The notes: generated by a model not told the origin, from the sequence alone. Shown: positions 53,245 to 63,898, counted from the stretch's first letter. The stretch: DNA of 64,000 bases from Terriglobia bacterium (GCA_965198225.1 CBDAOY010000009.1:576001-640000); one strand, 5' to 3'. Program-made: numbers and translations.

Positions 53245-54678
53245 TTACGGGAAGACGCCCGCCTGCTCGTAGTTCAGGGCCACCTTCTCTATCCCCTCGA
53301 TGAACGCGGCTGTGCGCATGGTTTCCGATGGAACCCGAGTCTTGTGGATTTCGCGCACTCTGCGATAAGCGTTCACCATGGCCTCCTCCAGGCCGGAGTT
53401 CACGAGATCGATCTCGTCGTACCCTCCGCTGAGGAGGGCTTTTGTATCGGCCGGAAAATCCTTTCCCACCATGCCTTCCAGTGATTCGAGGAGCTTCTGA
53501 TTGCGGATGTGCGTCAGGTGTTTCTGCAGACGTCCGTAGCGCATATGAGACAGATTCTTGCCCCACTCGAAATACGACACCGTTACGCCACCAGCGTTTA
53601 GATAAAGGTCGGGGATGACGTAAATGCCCTTTTCGCGGAGAACCTCCTCCGCGCCGGGCGTCGTCGGTCCGTTTGCAGCCTCAGCGACGATTTTCGCCTT
53701 GATTCGGTGGGCGTTCCGGAGCGTGATCTGGTTCTCAAGCGCCGCGGGAATCAGGACGTCGCAGTCGACATCCCAGATCGCGTCCGGGTCCGGCAGCGTC
53801 TCGGCCCCGGGGAATCCGTGCATCGATTGCGTCTCCTCCCGGAACCACTTCAACTCGTCGATATCGATGCCTTTGGGGTTCGAGATCGCGGCGCCCCACT
53901 CGCTGATGCCGGTGATCCTGCAACCCGCCTCCGCCAGAAACTTGGCCGCATGGTAGCCCACGTTGCCGAACCCCTGGAGCACAACGGATTTTCCTTCGAG
54001 CCCCGGACTCAAACCGAGCGGCGCGATATCTTCCGTGTGCTCGAAGGCCTCGCATATCCCGAAGAAGACGCCGCGCCCGGTCGCCTCCTTCCGGCCCCGA
54101 ATGCCTCCATGGCCGGTCGGCTTCCCCGTGACGCAGGCGATGTTGTCGGTGCCGCCCGGGTGGAACGCGTCGTAGGTGTCGGCGATCCAGGCCATCTCCC
54201 TCTCTCCGGTACCCATGTCGGGAGCCGGCACGTTCTCCCCGGGTCCGATGAAGTTCTTCTTGATGAGCTCGGCCGTGAACCGCCGCGTGATCTTCTCGAT
54301 CTGCTCTTCGCTGTATTTGCGCGGATCAAACCGAACGCCGCCCTTCGATCCACCGAAAGGAATGTCCACGATCGCGCACTTGAACGTCATCAGGGCCGCC
54401 AGTGCGATGATCTCGTCCTGCTCGACGAGGGGGCTGAACCGGATGCCGCCCTTGACGGGTTTGCGGTGCTGGCTGTGCTCTGCCCGCCAGCCCTGAAAAA
54501 TCTCGTAGTGGTTTCCCCCGAAACGGACGGGGAACTGGAAGAAGTAAACGCTGTTGCAGGCCCGGATCTGCGCAAGGAGCGCCGAGTGGATTTCGAGATA
54601 CCGAGCCGCTCGATCGAAATGCTCGCCGACGATCCTTCGAAGATTCAGATTCTCGGTCGCGGCCCTTGTCTTGCCCAT
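53245..54678 (-). CDS. gdhA: Glu/Leu/Phe/Val dehydrogenase (glutamate dehydrogenase)
   Basis: KGGIRF, GGSKGG, PAPD, GFGNVG, EAANGP. Confidence 0.93.
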   Translation of the reverse strand: MGKTRAATENLNLRRIVGEHFDRAARYLEIHSALLAQIRACNSVYFFQFPVRFGGNHYEIFQGWRAEHSQHRKPVKGGIRFSPLVEQDEIIALAALMTFKCAIVDIPFGGSKGGVRFDPRKYSEEQIEKITRRFTAELIKKNFIGPGENVPAPDMGTGEREMAWIADTYDAFHPGGTDNIACVTGKPTGHGGIRGRKEATGRGVFFGICEAFEHTEDIAPLGLSPGLEGKSVVLQGFGNVGYHAAKFLAEAGCRITGISEWGAAISNPKGIDIDELKWFREETQSMHGFPGAETLPDPDAIWDVDCDVLIPAALENQITLRNAHRIKAKIVAEAANGPTTPGAEEVLREKGIYVIPDLYLNAGGVTVSYFEWGKNLSHMRYGRLQKHLTHIRNQKLLESLEGMVGKDFPADTKALLSGGYDEIDLVNSGLEEAMVNAYRRVREIHKTRVPSETMRTAAFIEGIEKVALNYEQAGVFP

Positions 54679-54682
54679 TACA

Positions 54683-55471
54683 TCAATCTCCGATACGGAA
54701 GCCATAACCCGCACTGATGTCGATGGCCTGACCGGTGATCGCCGCCGCTTCATCGGAGCAGAGGTAGGAAACCAGCTCCGCAACCTCTTCGGGTTGGACC
54801 ATCCGCTTCAGCGCGGTGGCTCTAACGTATTCCTTCGACATCTCCTCAAAGCTCGTGCCCGTCGCCCTCGCGCGGGCGCGGATGACCGATTCGATCAGCT
54901 CTGTCTGCGTCGGCCCGGGACAGATCGCATTCACCTGTATATTATTCGGACCTAATTCCTGCGCAAGCGTTAGCGAGAGTCCGATCAGACCCCACTTCGA
55001 AGCTGCGTAGGGCGTGCGCAGCGGGTATGCCATCTTCCCGGCGATGGACGAGATGTTGATGATTCTGCCGCTTCCGGCCCGGATCATCGCCGGAGCCAGG
55101 GCGCGCGACAGGAGGAAGGGCACCCGCAGGTTGATCGCAAGCGTCTTGTCCCAGTCGCCGGGCGGGACCTCTCCGACAGGCGCGGTCGGCCCGCCGATAC
55201 CGGCGTTGTTGACCAGGATGTCTATGGAAGTGTGTGCTCCGAGCAGCGCTTCAGCCATCGCCTCCAGAGCGCGATCGTCGGTCAAGTCGATGCCGTATTT
55301 GGAAACGGTCGCGTCGTCGTCGAATTCTCGGTGGGTCCGTTCCAGGTGTTCGTCTTCGAGCGCCGCCAGCACGACATGAGCCCCGCATCGGGCTAACCGC
55401 TCCGCGATTGATCGCCCGATCCCCTGGCTGGCGCCGGTTACGAGAGCAACTTTGTCATTCAGATTCGACAT
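54683..55471 (-). CDS. SDR-family oxidoreductase
   Basis: [17 protein letters not shown]. Confidence 0.92.
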   Translation of the reverse strand: MSNLNDKVALVTGASQGIGRSIAERLARCGAHVVLAALEDEHLERTHREFDDDATVSKYGIDLTDDRALEAMAEALLGAHTSIDILVNNAGIGGPTAPVGEVPPGDWDKTLAINLRVPFLLSRALAPAMIRAGSGRIINISSIAGKMAYPLRTPYAASKWGLIGLSLTLAQELGPNNIQVNAICPGPTQTELIESVIRARARATGTSFEEMSKEYVRATALKRMVQPEEVAELVSYLCSDEAAAITGQAIDISAGYGFRIGD

Positions 55472-56693
55472 GGGCTTCGGCCGCGTAGCGTGTGCGTACA
55501 TAGTCGTCGAGAATTGCGATGAATTCGTCGACGATCTTGTCTCCTTTGAGCGTCGTCATGAGTCGCGAATCCACATAGACGGGAGCCTTGGGTTCTTCGC
55601 TCGTTCCGGGCAGGGAGATTCCGATGTCGGAGTGCTTCGACTCGCCGGGTCCGTTGACGACACACCCCATGACGGCAATCTTGAGTTCTTCCACTCCGGG
55701 ATGGAGGGTCTTCCAGGTCGGCATCCGCCTATTTACATGCTGTTCGATGTCGTGTGCCATCTCCTGGAAGAGCGTGCTCGTCGTCCTGCCACAACCCGGG
55801 CAGGCCGTGACCTGCGGCGAAAAGCTGCGCATCCCCAGACTCTGCAGGATGTCCTGACAGACGCGAACCTCTTCGGTCCGGTCCCCGCCCGGTTTCGGGG
55901 TCAGGCTGACGCGGATCGTGTCTCCGATTCCTTCGTGGAGCAGAGTGGCGAGCGCCGCGGTGCTCGAGACGATTCCGCGCCGGCCCATTCCGGCCTCGGT
56001 GAGGCCGACGTGCAGGGCGCATTCCGTTTCCGAGGCCAGCTCGCGGTAGACCTTGACGAGATCCCGAACTCGGGAGACCTTGGCGCTCAGGATGATCCGG
56101 TTCCGCTCCATCCCGTATGCCGTTGCCATTTCGACCGATTGCAGCGCGCTGACGACCATCGCCTCGAGCACGACCTCGCCTGCGTCCCTCGGCGTGGCCC
56201 GCTGCCCGTTCTCGTCCATCAGGCGCGTGACGAGCCGTTGATCCAGAGAGCCCCAGTTCACTCCGACGCGCACAGGCTTGCCGTTCGCGTTGGCAACCTC
56301 GATGATCGTGCGGAAGTTGTCATCCTGCTGACGGCCCATCCCCACGTTTCCGGGATTGATGCGGTATTTCGCAAGGGCCTTCGCGCAGTCGGGAAAATCG
56401 CGAAGGAGGATGTGCCCGTTGTAGTGAAAGTCGCCGATGATCGGAACATCTATCCCGTCCTCGGCGAGACGCTGGACGATCTCGGGAACCGCGGCCGCAG
56501 CTTCCTTCGAATTGACGGTCACGCGAACCAGTTCCGAACCCGCTCGGGCCAGGGCTTCCGCCTGAGCGACGGTCGCGGTGACATCAGCGGTATCCGTGTT
56601 CGTCATCGACTGGATGACGATTGGATTGCATCCCCCGACGCGGACCCCTCCCACGTCCACAGCGAGAGATGGCCGTCTATGCAGGTCCGTCAT
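55455..56693 (-). CDS. ispG: HMBPP synthase IspG
   Basis: [35 protein letters not shown]. Confidence 0.97.
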   Translation of the reverse strand: MTDLHRRPSLAVDVGGVRVGGCNPIVIQSMTNTDTADVTATVAQAEALARAGSELVRVTVNSKEAAAAVPEIVQRLAEDGIDVPIIGDFHYNGHILLRDFPDCAKALAKYRINPGNVGMGRQQDDNFRTIIEVANANGKPVRVGVNWGSLDQRLVTRLMDENGQRATPRDAGEVVLEAMVVSALQSVEMATAYGMERNRIILSAKVSRVRDLVKVYRELASETECALHVGLTEAGMGRRGIVSSTAALATLLHEGIGDTIRVSLTPKPGGDRTEEVRVCQDILQSLGMRSFSPQVTACPGCGRTTSTLFQEMAHDIEQHVNRRMPTWKTLHPGVEELKIAVMGCVVNGPGESKHSDIGISLPGTSEEPKAPVYVDSRLMTTLKGDKIVDEFIAILDDYVRTRYAAEAHVESE

Positions 56694-56771
56694 AGCTGGG
56701 CCGCATTATATAACGCCTGTGTTTACAGGCCTTACAGACGACCCAAGGTACCATGCGATTGCGACGGAGAG

Positions 56772-56869
56772 ATCCAGCCACGGATTGCGCGGATTTAGCG
56801 GATCAAATGTCTTCGGATAGCAGACCAGAGGCTTCTTCGAATTCCCGTAATCTGTGTAATCCGTGGCCT
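56772..56869. repeat. Nonamer inverted-array element of about 98 bp
   Basis: ATCCAGCCACGGATT...AATCCGTGGCCT. Confidence 0.8.
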
Positions 56870-56973
56870 ACAGGGCCTAAATCTAAAGCGGAAGTCGAGT
56901 AATGTTCCAATGCCGGATCCCGTGCTACATTAGGCCCGGCCACGGGCGGTGAGCGCCTTCGGTAAGCACCAGC

Positions 56974-57372
56974 ATGTTTGGAATACCTCTACACATACTG
57001 ATCGTCCATTTTCCGATCGTCCTGGCAATCGTGGCTTTCCTATACGATGCGTGGGCTTCCTATTCCGACAACCCCGCGCTCCATGCGGTGGGTTCTACAC
57101 TGACCAAATACGCCGCTCTGTCGGCAGTGATCGCGACGTCCACGGGTTTGCAGTCGGCGGGTATGAGTGGCTTGGGGAGCAGTTCGACGGTCACCGCTCA
57201 CGCGGCCGGCGGCATCCTTGCGACGATCGTCCTGGTGGCGCTGGCGATCATGCGGTACTCCTCCGAGGTGCGGGAGGAGTCCAGAGAAGCCTACTTCACT
57301 CTGTGGCTCGCGATAGGGGCGCTGGCGGCCCTCCTTATTGCGATCACAGCCCTGGGCGGTCACCGAATCTGA
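56974..57372 (+). CDS. DUF2231-like membrane protein
   Basis: PLHILIVHFPI, four TM segments, conserved His residues. Confidence 0.72.
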   Translation: MFGIPLHILIVHFPIVLAIVAFLYDAWASYSDNPALHAVGSTLTKYAALSAVIATSTGLQSAGMSGLGSSSTVTAHAAGGILATIVLVALAIMRYSSEVREESREAYFTLWLAIGALAALLIAITALGGHRI

Positions 57373-57426
57373 GGGCATAAATCTCAAGACTTAGGATCAA
57401 GGGTCGGTCGATACGACGTCAATTCC

Positions 57427-58506
57427 ATGCCCGAACTGAGATGTAGCGAGTGCCTTCTGGAGTTTCCGCTCAGCCGTAAGACCCCCTGGTGCGACTGTGG
57501 CGGTCTGTTTGATCTCGTCTTCGAGCCTCCCTCGTTCGAGTTGGACCACGGTGAGCATTCGATGTGGCGGTACCGGGCGATGTTGCCGGTTCGGTATCGA
57601 GTCTCGATTGGTGAACCCATCACGCCGGTTGCCGAAATCGAACTTGCCGGGCGGCGCGTCGACGCGAAGTTGGATTTTCTGCTTCCGACGGGCTCCTTCA
57701 AAGACCGCGGCGCGGCGGTCTTCGTGTCTGCTCTGAAGGACGTTGGTGTAGGACGTTTCATAGAGGATTCGTCCGGTAACGCCGGCGCCTCGATGGCGAC
57801 GTACGCCGCCCGTGCCGGCATCACCTGCGAGGTTTACTGTCCCGCATCGGCCTCCGGGCCGAAGCTGGCGCAGATCGAGCGTTCTGGTGCGACGATCCAC
57901 AGGATCGTCGGCCCACGGGGGCGGGCGACGGACGCGCTGGCGGAACGAGTCGGCCCGGAATTCTACGCTTCTCACAACTGGCATCCTCTGTTCCTGCATG
58001 GGACGAAGACCCTCGCTTACGAGATAGCAGAACAGTATGGCTGGGAACCGCCGGCCCACATCGTTTCACCGGCCGGCGGCGGTGCCGTGATTCTGGGACT
58101 TCAGCTCGGTTTCGAAGAGCTTCAGAAGCTGGGAAGAATCCCGTCGACACCGCTGCTCTACGCCATCCAGGCCGAACGTTGCGCACCGCTCGTGCATGAG
58201 AGCGTGGAGCCAGGTGCCAGCCTCGCCGAAGGCATTCTGTCGCCGAATCCCCCTCGGCTGGAACGACTCAGGGCGGCGTTGGCCGGGGCCGCTGCAGTCA
58301 CGGAAAAGGAAATCGAAGAGGGTTTCGTGGCCCTGGCCCGCCAGGGCGTGCAAGTGGAACCGACGACCGCCGTGCTCTACGCGGGCGTCGAAAAGCTTCC
58401 GATTCCGGCTGACGATCCTGTCCTTGTCATTCTCACGGGGTCAGGCTTAAAATTCCTCACCGATCCGAAACAAGGAGGTTCGAATGACCAACCTTTCGAG
58501 ACGTGA
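57427..58506 (+). CDS. Threonine synthase-like PLP enzyme
   Basis: PTGSFKDRG, SSGNAG, LTGSGLK; N-terminal Zn ribbon. Confidence 0.88.
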   Translation: MPELRCSECLLEFPLSRKTPWCDCGGLFDLVFEPPSFELDHGEHSMWRYRAMLPVRYRVSIGEPITPVAEIELAGRRVDAKLDFLLPTGSFKDRGAAVFVSALKDVGVGRFIEDSSGNAGASMATYAARAGITCEVYCPASASGPKLAQIERSGATIHRIVGPRGRATDALAERVGPEFYASHNWHPLFLHGTKTLAYEIAEQYGWEPPAHIVSPAGGGAVILGLQLGFEELQKLGRIPSTPLLYAIQAERCAPLVHESVEPGASLAEGILSPNPPRLERLRAALAGAAAVTEKEIEEGFVALARQGVQVEPTTAVLYAGVEKLPIPADDPVLVILTGSGLKFLTDPKQGGSNDQPFET

Positions 58507-59707
58507 ATTCGGGAAAGTATTTGCCGTCGCGGCGATAGGGAACGCCACCCCGCGACAGACCAGGTACGACAGCTGGGCGGACGTTCAGGACCAGTTCACT
58601 CTGGACGAGAACCTCATCGTGATGAATGCCGCGAACCTTTGTCCTGCTCCGGCGAAGGTCAACGAGGTGCTGTTTCGCTACACGCGGGACATGGACTCGA
58701 ATCCGTCGTTTCAGAATCGCGCCAAGTTCGGCCAGGGGCGGGAAGACACCCGTGCCAGGATCGCCGCGTTTCTGAACGTCACCCCGGAGGAGATCGTCAT
58801 TACCCGAAACACGAGCGAAGGGAACAATTTCGTCAGCAGCGGCCTGGAGCTGGCAGCCGGTGACGAAGTCGTCATATTCGACGAAAACCACCCGACGAAC
58901 AATCAGTCGTGGACGGATAAGGCCGAACGGTTCGGCTTTACGGTCAAAGCCGTGTCGATCCCGACCCCGCCGCCGGGAGCGGACGCCCTCATCGAGCCGA
59001 TGGTGGCCGCGATCGGACCCCGAACCAGGGTCCTGGCGTTCACACATGTGACCAATTCTTTTGGCACGCGCTTTCCTGCCAAAGAACTCTGCGGCATCGC
59101 CCGGGAGCGAGGGATACTGACGCTCGTCGACGGCGCACAGACTTTCGGGGTTCTGAATCTGGATCTCCTGGACATGGGCTGCGATTTTTTCACCGGCAGC
59201 TCCCACAAATGGCTGATGGGACCCAAGGAGGCCGGCGTGCTCTACATGCGTAGCGACGCGCAGGAGCGTTTGGCTCCCAGCGAGGTCGGCGTCATCGGGG
59301 GACGGGTTGGGGCGTCACGCGTGTATGAAAGACTGGGACAGCGCGACGACCCGGCGATCATGGCGCTGGGCGAGGCGATCGACTTTCAGAATCGCATCGG
59401 AAAGGACCGAATCGAGAGACGGTCCCTCGGTTTGGCGACGGCGTTGAAAGATGGGCTGGGAAGGATCCCGGGAGTCCACATGTATTCTCCGACGAACCAC
59501 GAGATTTCATCCGCAGTGGTGACCTTCAGGCCAGGCGATGCCGACATCCGAAGTCTCAACGCCCGGTTGTATGAAGACTTCGGGATCGCCTGTGCGACCC
59601 GCGGTGGAAGTTCTGCCGGTTTCCGGTTCTCGCCCCACACCTACAACGATGAGCAACAGGTCGAGCGGGTCGTTCGGGCGTTTCACGACGCGATGAGGAG
59701 CGCCTAG
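58484..59707 (+). CDS. Class V aminotransferase (CefD/NifS-like) with a Tat-like leader
   Basis: VDGAQ, SSHKW; SRREFG. Confidence 0.85.
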   Translation: MTNLSRREFGKVFAVAAIGNATPRQTRYDSWADVQDQFTLDENLIVMNAANLCPAPAKVNEVLFRYTRDMDSNPSFQNRAKFGQGREDTRARIAAFLNVTPEEIVITRNTSEGNNFVSSGLELAAGDEVVIFDENHPTNNQSWTDKAERFGFTVKAVSIPTPPPGADALIEPMVAAIGPRTRVLAFTHVTNSFGTRFPAKELCGIARERGILTLVDGAQTFGVLNLDLLDMGCDFFTGSSHKWLMGPKEAGVLYMRSDAQERLAPSEVGVIGGRVGASRVYERLGQRDDPAIMALGEAIDFQNRIGKDRIERRSLGLATALKDGLGRIPGVHMYSPTNHEISSAVVTFRPGDADIRSLNARLYEDFGIACATRGGSSAGFRFSPHTYNDEQQVERVVRAFHDAMRSA

Positions 59708-59752
59708 ACGTTTGATCGGCAGGTTCTTCGGATCAAGCGTCGCTGACCGCTG

Positions 59753-60058
59753 ATGGCTGATCGCCGGCCGCAAAAATCAAGCCCCGCAATCTACCGGCTG
59801 GTCAGCCGGATCCCGCCGGGCCGGGTTCTCTCCTATGGCGACGTTGGCCGGCTCGTGGGTGTGGGCCCCCGCCAGGTTGCGGCCGCCATGCGATCCTGCC
59901 CGCCCGGACTGGCCTGGTACCGGGTCGTCGGAAGCGGTGGTACCATTCGAACGAAGGGTGCCGCGGCCGCCGCGCAGCGGCAATGCCTGATCTCGGAGGG
60001 CGTTCGGTTCAACGGCGTCCGTTTCTCGTATCATTCATACCGTTGGAAAGGAAGATGA
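59753..60058 (+). CDS. Alkyltransferase-like (ATL/YbaZ, MGMT family) protein
   Basis: IPPGRVLSYG, RQV, WYRVV (Trp in place of the catalytic Cys). Confidence 0.85.
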   Translation: MADRRPQKSSPAIYRLVSRIPPGRVLSYGDVGRLVGVGPRQVAAAMRSCPPGLAWYRVVGSGGTIRTKGAAAAAQRQCLISEGVRFNGVRFSYHSYRWKGR

Positions 60059-61494
60059 TGGGTCAATCACGGGGTTTTCGGATCGAAAAAGACTCGATGG
60101 GTGAAATGAAGGTACCCGGCCACGCGCTGTACGGCGCGCAGACGCAGCGGGCCGTAGAGAATTTTCCGATCAGCGCTCTTCGTTTTTCGCGAGAGTTCGT
60201 ACGGGCGATGGGTCTGATCAAGTTGGCTGCGGCTCAGACCAACATGCAGCTCGGCGTGGTGAACAAGAAACGGGGCGGGGCCATCGTCCGCGCGGCGCGG
60301 GAGGTCGTCGACGGCACACTGGACGACCACTTCGTGGTGGATATCTTCCAGACCGGATCGGGCACGTCGACGAACATGAACGCGAACGAGGTGATATCGA
60401 ACCGTGCGATCCAGCTGCTCGGCGGTAGGGTCGGATCCAAGGACCCCGTGCACCCGAACGACCATGTCAACATGGGGCAGTCCAGCAACGATGTAATCCC
60501 GACCGCCATGCATATCGCGGCGATGGAGTCTATCGAAGGCACGCTGATTCCCGCTCTGGAAACGCTCCGCCGCGCCCTTCGAAAGAAAGCGCGAGAGTTC
60601 GACAAGATCGTCAAGATCGGCAGGACCCACCTGCAGGATGCAACCCCGGTTCGGCTAGGCCAGGAGTTCGGGGGGTACGCGCGGCAGGTCGAACTCGGAA
60701 TCCATCGTCTCAAGAAACTTCGGGATACCCTGGGCGAACTTCCCCTCGGCGGGACGGCGGTCGGCACCGGAATCAACACCGATCCGCGATTCCCGAAGCT
60801 GACCATCCGGAACATTTCCAAATTGACCGGGCTCAAGTTTCGCGAGGCTGAGAACCATTTCGAGGCGCAAAGCGCCAAGGACGCCATCGTCGAGGCGAGC
60901 GGCGCGATGAAGACGATCGCGGCAAGCCTGACGAAGATCGCCAACGACATCCGCTGGCTGGGCTCCGGTCCACGCTGCGGAATCGGGGAGATCCTCTTAC
61001 CTGAGACTCAGCCCGGTTCGTCGATCATGCCTGGAAAGGTCAACCCCGTGATCGCGGAGTCGGTCCTCCAGGTGGCCGCACAGGTGATCGGAAACGACCT
61101 GGCGGTCCTGATGGGTGGACAGGCCGGGGTTTTTGAACTGAACGTGATGATGCCGGTCATGGCACACAACCTGCTGGAATCGATTCGCCTCCTGGCGGCA
61201 TCGGCCCTCAATTTCACTGAGCGCTGCATCGACGGCATCCAGGCCGATAGGGCGCGCGCCAGCGAGATGATCGAGAAGAGCCTCGCCATGTGCACGGCGC
61301 TGGCACCGGAGATCGGATACGATGCAGCCGCAGCCATCGCGAAGGAATCCCACATGACGGGTCGCACGGTCCGCGAGGTGACCCTTGAGAAGGGCATCCT
61401 GTCTCCCCAGCGATTGAAGGAAATACTGGACCCGCGAGGGATGACCGAGCCCGGTATCGCCGCTAAATCCGGTAGAAAGAAAACGAAACGGTAG
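60055..61494 (+). CDS. fumC: Class II fumarate hydratase
   Basis: QTGSGTSTNMN, GRTHLQDA, GSSIMPGKVNP. Confidence 0.96.
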   Translation: MMGQSRGFRIEKDSMGEMKVPGHALYGAQTQRAVENFPISALRFSREFVRAMGLIKLAAAQTNMQLGVVNKKRGGAIVRAAREVVDGTLDDHFVVDIFQTGSGTSTNMNANEVISNRAIQLLGGRVGSKDPVHPNDHVNMGQSSNDVIPTAMHIAAMESIEGTLIPALETLRRALRKKAREFDKIVKIGRTHLQDATPVRLGQEFGGYARQVELGIHRLKKLRDTLGELPLGGTAVGTGINTDPRFPKLTIRNISKLTGLKFREAENHFEAQSAKDAIVEASGAMKTIAASLTKIANDIRWLGSGPRCGIGEILLPETQPGSSIMPGKVNPVIAESVLQVAAQVIGNDLAVLMGGQAGVFELNVMMPVMAHNLLESIRLLAASALNFTERCIDGIQADRARASEMIEKSLAMCTALAPEIGYDAAAAIAKESHMTGRTVREVTLEKGILSPQRLKEILDPRGMTEPGIAAKSGRKKTKR

Positions 61495-61507
61495 TCGAGG
61501 TATTCCA

Positions 61508-61780
61508 TTGGAAGAGAAAGATTTCTTTACCGAGAAGGACGAGGTCAAGCTCCACAGGATTCAGTGCCCATCGTGCCGGCGCGACAACGAGTACAAGATC
61601 CGCTGGCGGACTCGAACGAAGAAGAAATCGCTGCCCCGCCATGGCGACGAACGCGATCGCGCACGATTCAAAGCGGCGCGCGACTATATGGTTCGCGTCG
61701 ATGATGTGGTGCGGTGCACCACGCCGCGATGCGGGAAGCGAATCGAGATCACGTCCCTGCAATCGGTTGTAATTCTGTAG
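61508..61780 (+). CDS. Small zinc-finger-like hypothetical protein
   Basis: CPSC and CTTPRC pairs; GAGG before the TTG start. Confidence 0.7.
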   Translation: MEEKDFFTEKDEVKLHRIQCPSCRRDNEYKIRWRTRTKKKSLPRHGDERDRARFKAARDYMVRVDDVVRCTTPRCGKRIEITSLQSVVIL

Positions 61781-61929
61781 CTGTGAAACGATCTGTCGTT
61801 CCTTGACCTTTCCGCATAGCAAACACATCAGTCTCTGACTTTTTTCGCTTAGTAAACACCCGGGGACAAGGCTATACCCCTGTCCCCCTCACAGTGGCTC
61901 TCTCGCGGTTCGTTTCGCCGGGCGGGCAA

Positions 61930-62000
61930 GTGTAGGTGCGGTCTATGACCGCACATTGTTCCGGGCTTGCGGGATGTGCGCTCACAGAGCGCACCTACAC
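61930..62000. repeat. GTAG-family REP doublet (REPIN-like)
   Basis: GTAGGTGCGGTC-TAT-GACCGCAC and an inverted GTAGGTGCGCTC-TGT-GAGCGCAC. Confidence 0.75.
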
Positions 62001-62681
62001 CTGCGGAACGGCGTACTCCTTCGTGATGATCGTTCCGGGCTCCTCAGGATACTTCAGCAGTCCCAGCGCATCTTTCATGATCTGCAGGTGCAGTTCCGGT
62101 TGGTTCGGCGGGCCGAGGGATTGGCCCACTTCAAAGGGTTTGGGATAAAGGGCTCGCGAGGGTCCTGCTTGCTCGGAATCATCCGGCGATACCGTGACAA
62201 GAATCGTCGGAATCCCGTTGCACTCGATGGCGCGCTGAATCGTGACGACCGTCCGATGACAGAGCGGTCAGCCACCCGTGAGGATCACCGCATCGGGGCG
62301 CATTCGGGCAACCTTGTCGGCGATTTCCCAACTGGTTTCTTCCTTCAACTTTCTCAGTGCCGTGGTCAGCCCCATCGATACGTGATGTTCGGCGACCTTA
62401 CCGATCGCTCCGTCTGACCTCAGTTTGTTCAGACGGTCGACGGGGAAAACACAATTGATGTCGGCTTCAGCAGAAGAAGGATCGTAGTGTCCCGGCATGA
62501 CCCTTAGAGTTTCAGAAGCCGTTTCCGAAGGAATCATTCGGAAACTCAAATCGTTGTCGGTAAATGGTTCCATCCCGTCGGCGTAGACGCCGGAGGTTGT
62601 GACCAACCCGATGCGCGATTCTTCCAGCTTTCGCTTGAAAGGGGTGTATGGGATGCAGGCTCTGGCGATCTGGATAGGCAT
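61995..62681 (-). CDS. PrdB/GrdB-like selenoprotein (UxxC)
   Basis: PYTP, LVTTSG, DINCVFP.DRL; in-frame TGA at 62268-70 followed by PLCHRTV...RAIE..GIPT, running to TAG at 61995; the start may be TTG 62735. Confidence 0.85.
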
Positions 62682-62731
62682 TCGAGAGATGGTGGGACGG
62701 GCGAGCGCGAAACTCGCCCACCAGATAAGGG

Positions 62732-63211
62732 TCAACCCGCGATCTTTGCCAGTTCCTCGAAGAGGACGGAGTTTTTGGGCTGATCACCGATATCGTGAAC
62801 GTCGATGTAACGTACGATTCCCTCTTTGTCGATGATGAAGATCGCGCGTTCGGTCATACCCTCCTGCCGAAGGACGTTGTACTTGAGCGCGACCATTCCG
62901 TGTGGCCAGAAATCACTCAGAAGCGGATATGAAATCCCTCCGAGCGAATCCGCCCAACCTTTGTTGGTAAACGGTGAGTCGATGCTTATACCCAGGACCT
63001 GGGTATCGGACCGGTCGAATTCGGAAAGGTCTTCCTCATACGCCGGCATCTGGGCGGTTCAGACGGGTGTAAAGGCGAACGGATAGAACGCGATGACCAC
63101 ATTCTTCTTGCCTCTGAAGTCCGACAGAGTGACTTCCTCGCCGAGATGTGACTTCAGCGTAAAATCCGGTGCCTCATCGCCGACCTTCAGTTCGTTCGTC
63201 GGATTGGGCAT
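62732..63211 (-). CDS. Selenocysteine-containing peroxiredoxin (AhpE/BCP-like, TPVU)
   Basis: [12 protein letters not shown]...[12 protein letters not shown](63059-61)-TAQMP...LLSDFWPHG...ERAIFIID; GAGGAG RBS. Confidence 0.88.
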
Positions 63212-63277
63212 AAATCTTCTCCTCTCACTTGGAACGTAGAAAAGGAACCGGATTCGTCAGCGCTCCAGCTCGGATTG

Positions 63278-63898
63278 CTAGAGAAACCATTCGATAAACA
63301 CGAATCCAGCGACCAATAGGATAAGAAATATCAGCGTCAAAATCTCAAAATATTTTTCGATGAACGAACGTATCTGCGGTCCAAAGGCGCGGATAAGGCC
63401 GCCTATCAGCAGGAATCGGGCTGACCTGCTGACGGCTGACGCCAGGACGAACCGAGGGAAATTTACGTCGAAAAACCCGGCGGTGATCGTCGCGACTTTA
63501 TACGGGATAGGTGTCAAGCCGGCCACGGCGACCGCGAACGCGTCGTAGCGCTGGTAGAGATCCTGAATTCGCTCGTACTGGTCCTCGACCGCGTAAAAAC
63601 GGACGATCGGCTCACCGACGACGTCGAAGAACTGGTAGCCGATGAGGTACCCGAAGACGCCCCCCAGAACCGAACCGAGAGAACAGATCAGCGCGTACCG
63701 GAAAGCTCGCAGCGGAATGGCAACCGCCAGCGCGACCAGCAGAATGTCGGGCGGTATCGGAAAGAACGAGGATTCAGCGAACGCGATGATGAAGAGCGCC
63801 CACACGCTGTAGGGGCTGTCGGCCCAGCCGATAACCCAGTCGTAGAGGCGCCGCATCCACCGTGTGATTGGGCCGAGCATGTGCGTCCCATTGTACAT
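63278..63898 (-). CDS. YqaA/DedA (VTT domain) membrane protein
   Basis: AESSFFPIPPD, TPIPYK, SRSARF. Confidence 0.9.
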   Translation of the reverse strand: MYNGTHMLGPITRWMRRLYDWVIGWADSPYSVWALFIIAFAESSFFPIPPDILLVALAVAIPLRAFRYALICSLGSVLGGVFGYLIGYQFFDVVGEPIVRFYAVEDQYERIQDLYQRYDAFAVAVAGLTPIPYKVATITAGFFDVNFPRFVLASAVSRSARFLLIGGLIRAFGPQIRSFIEKYFEILTLIFLILLVAGFVFIEWFL

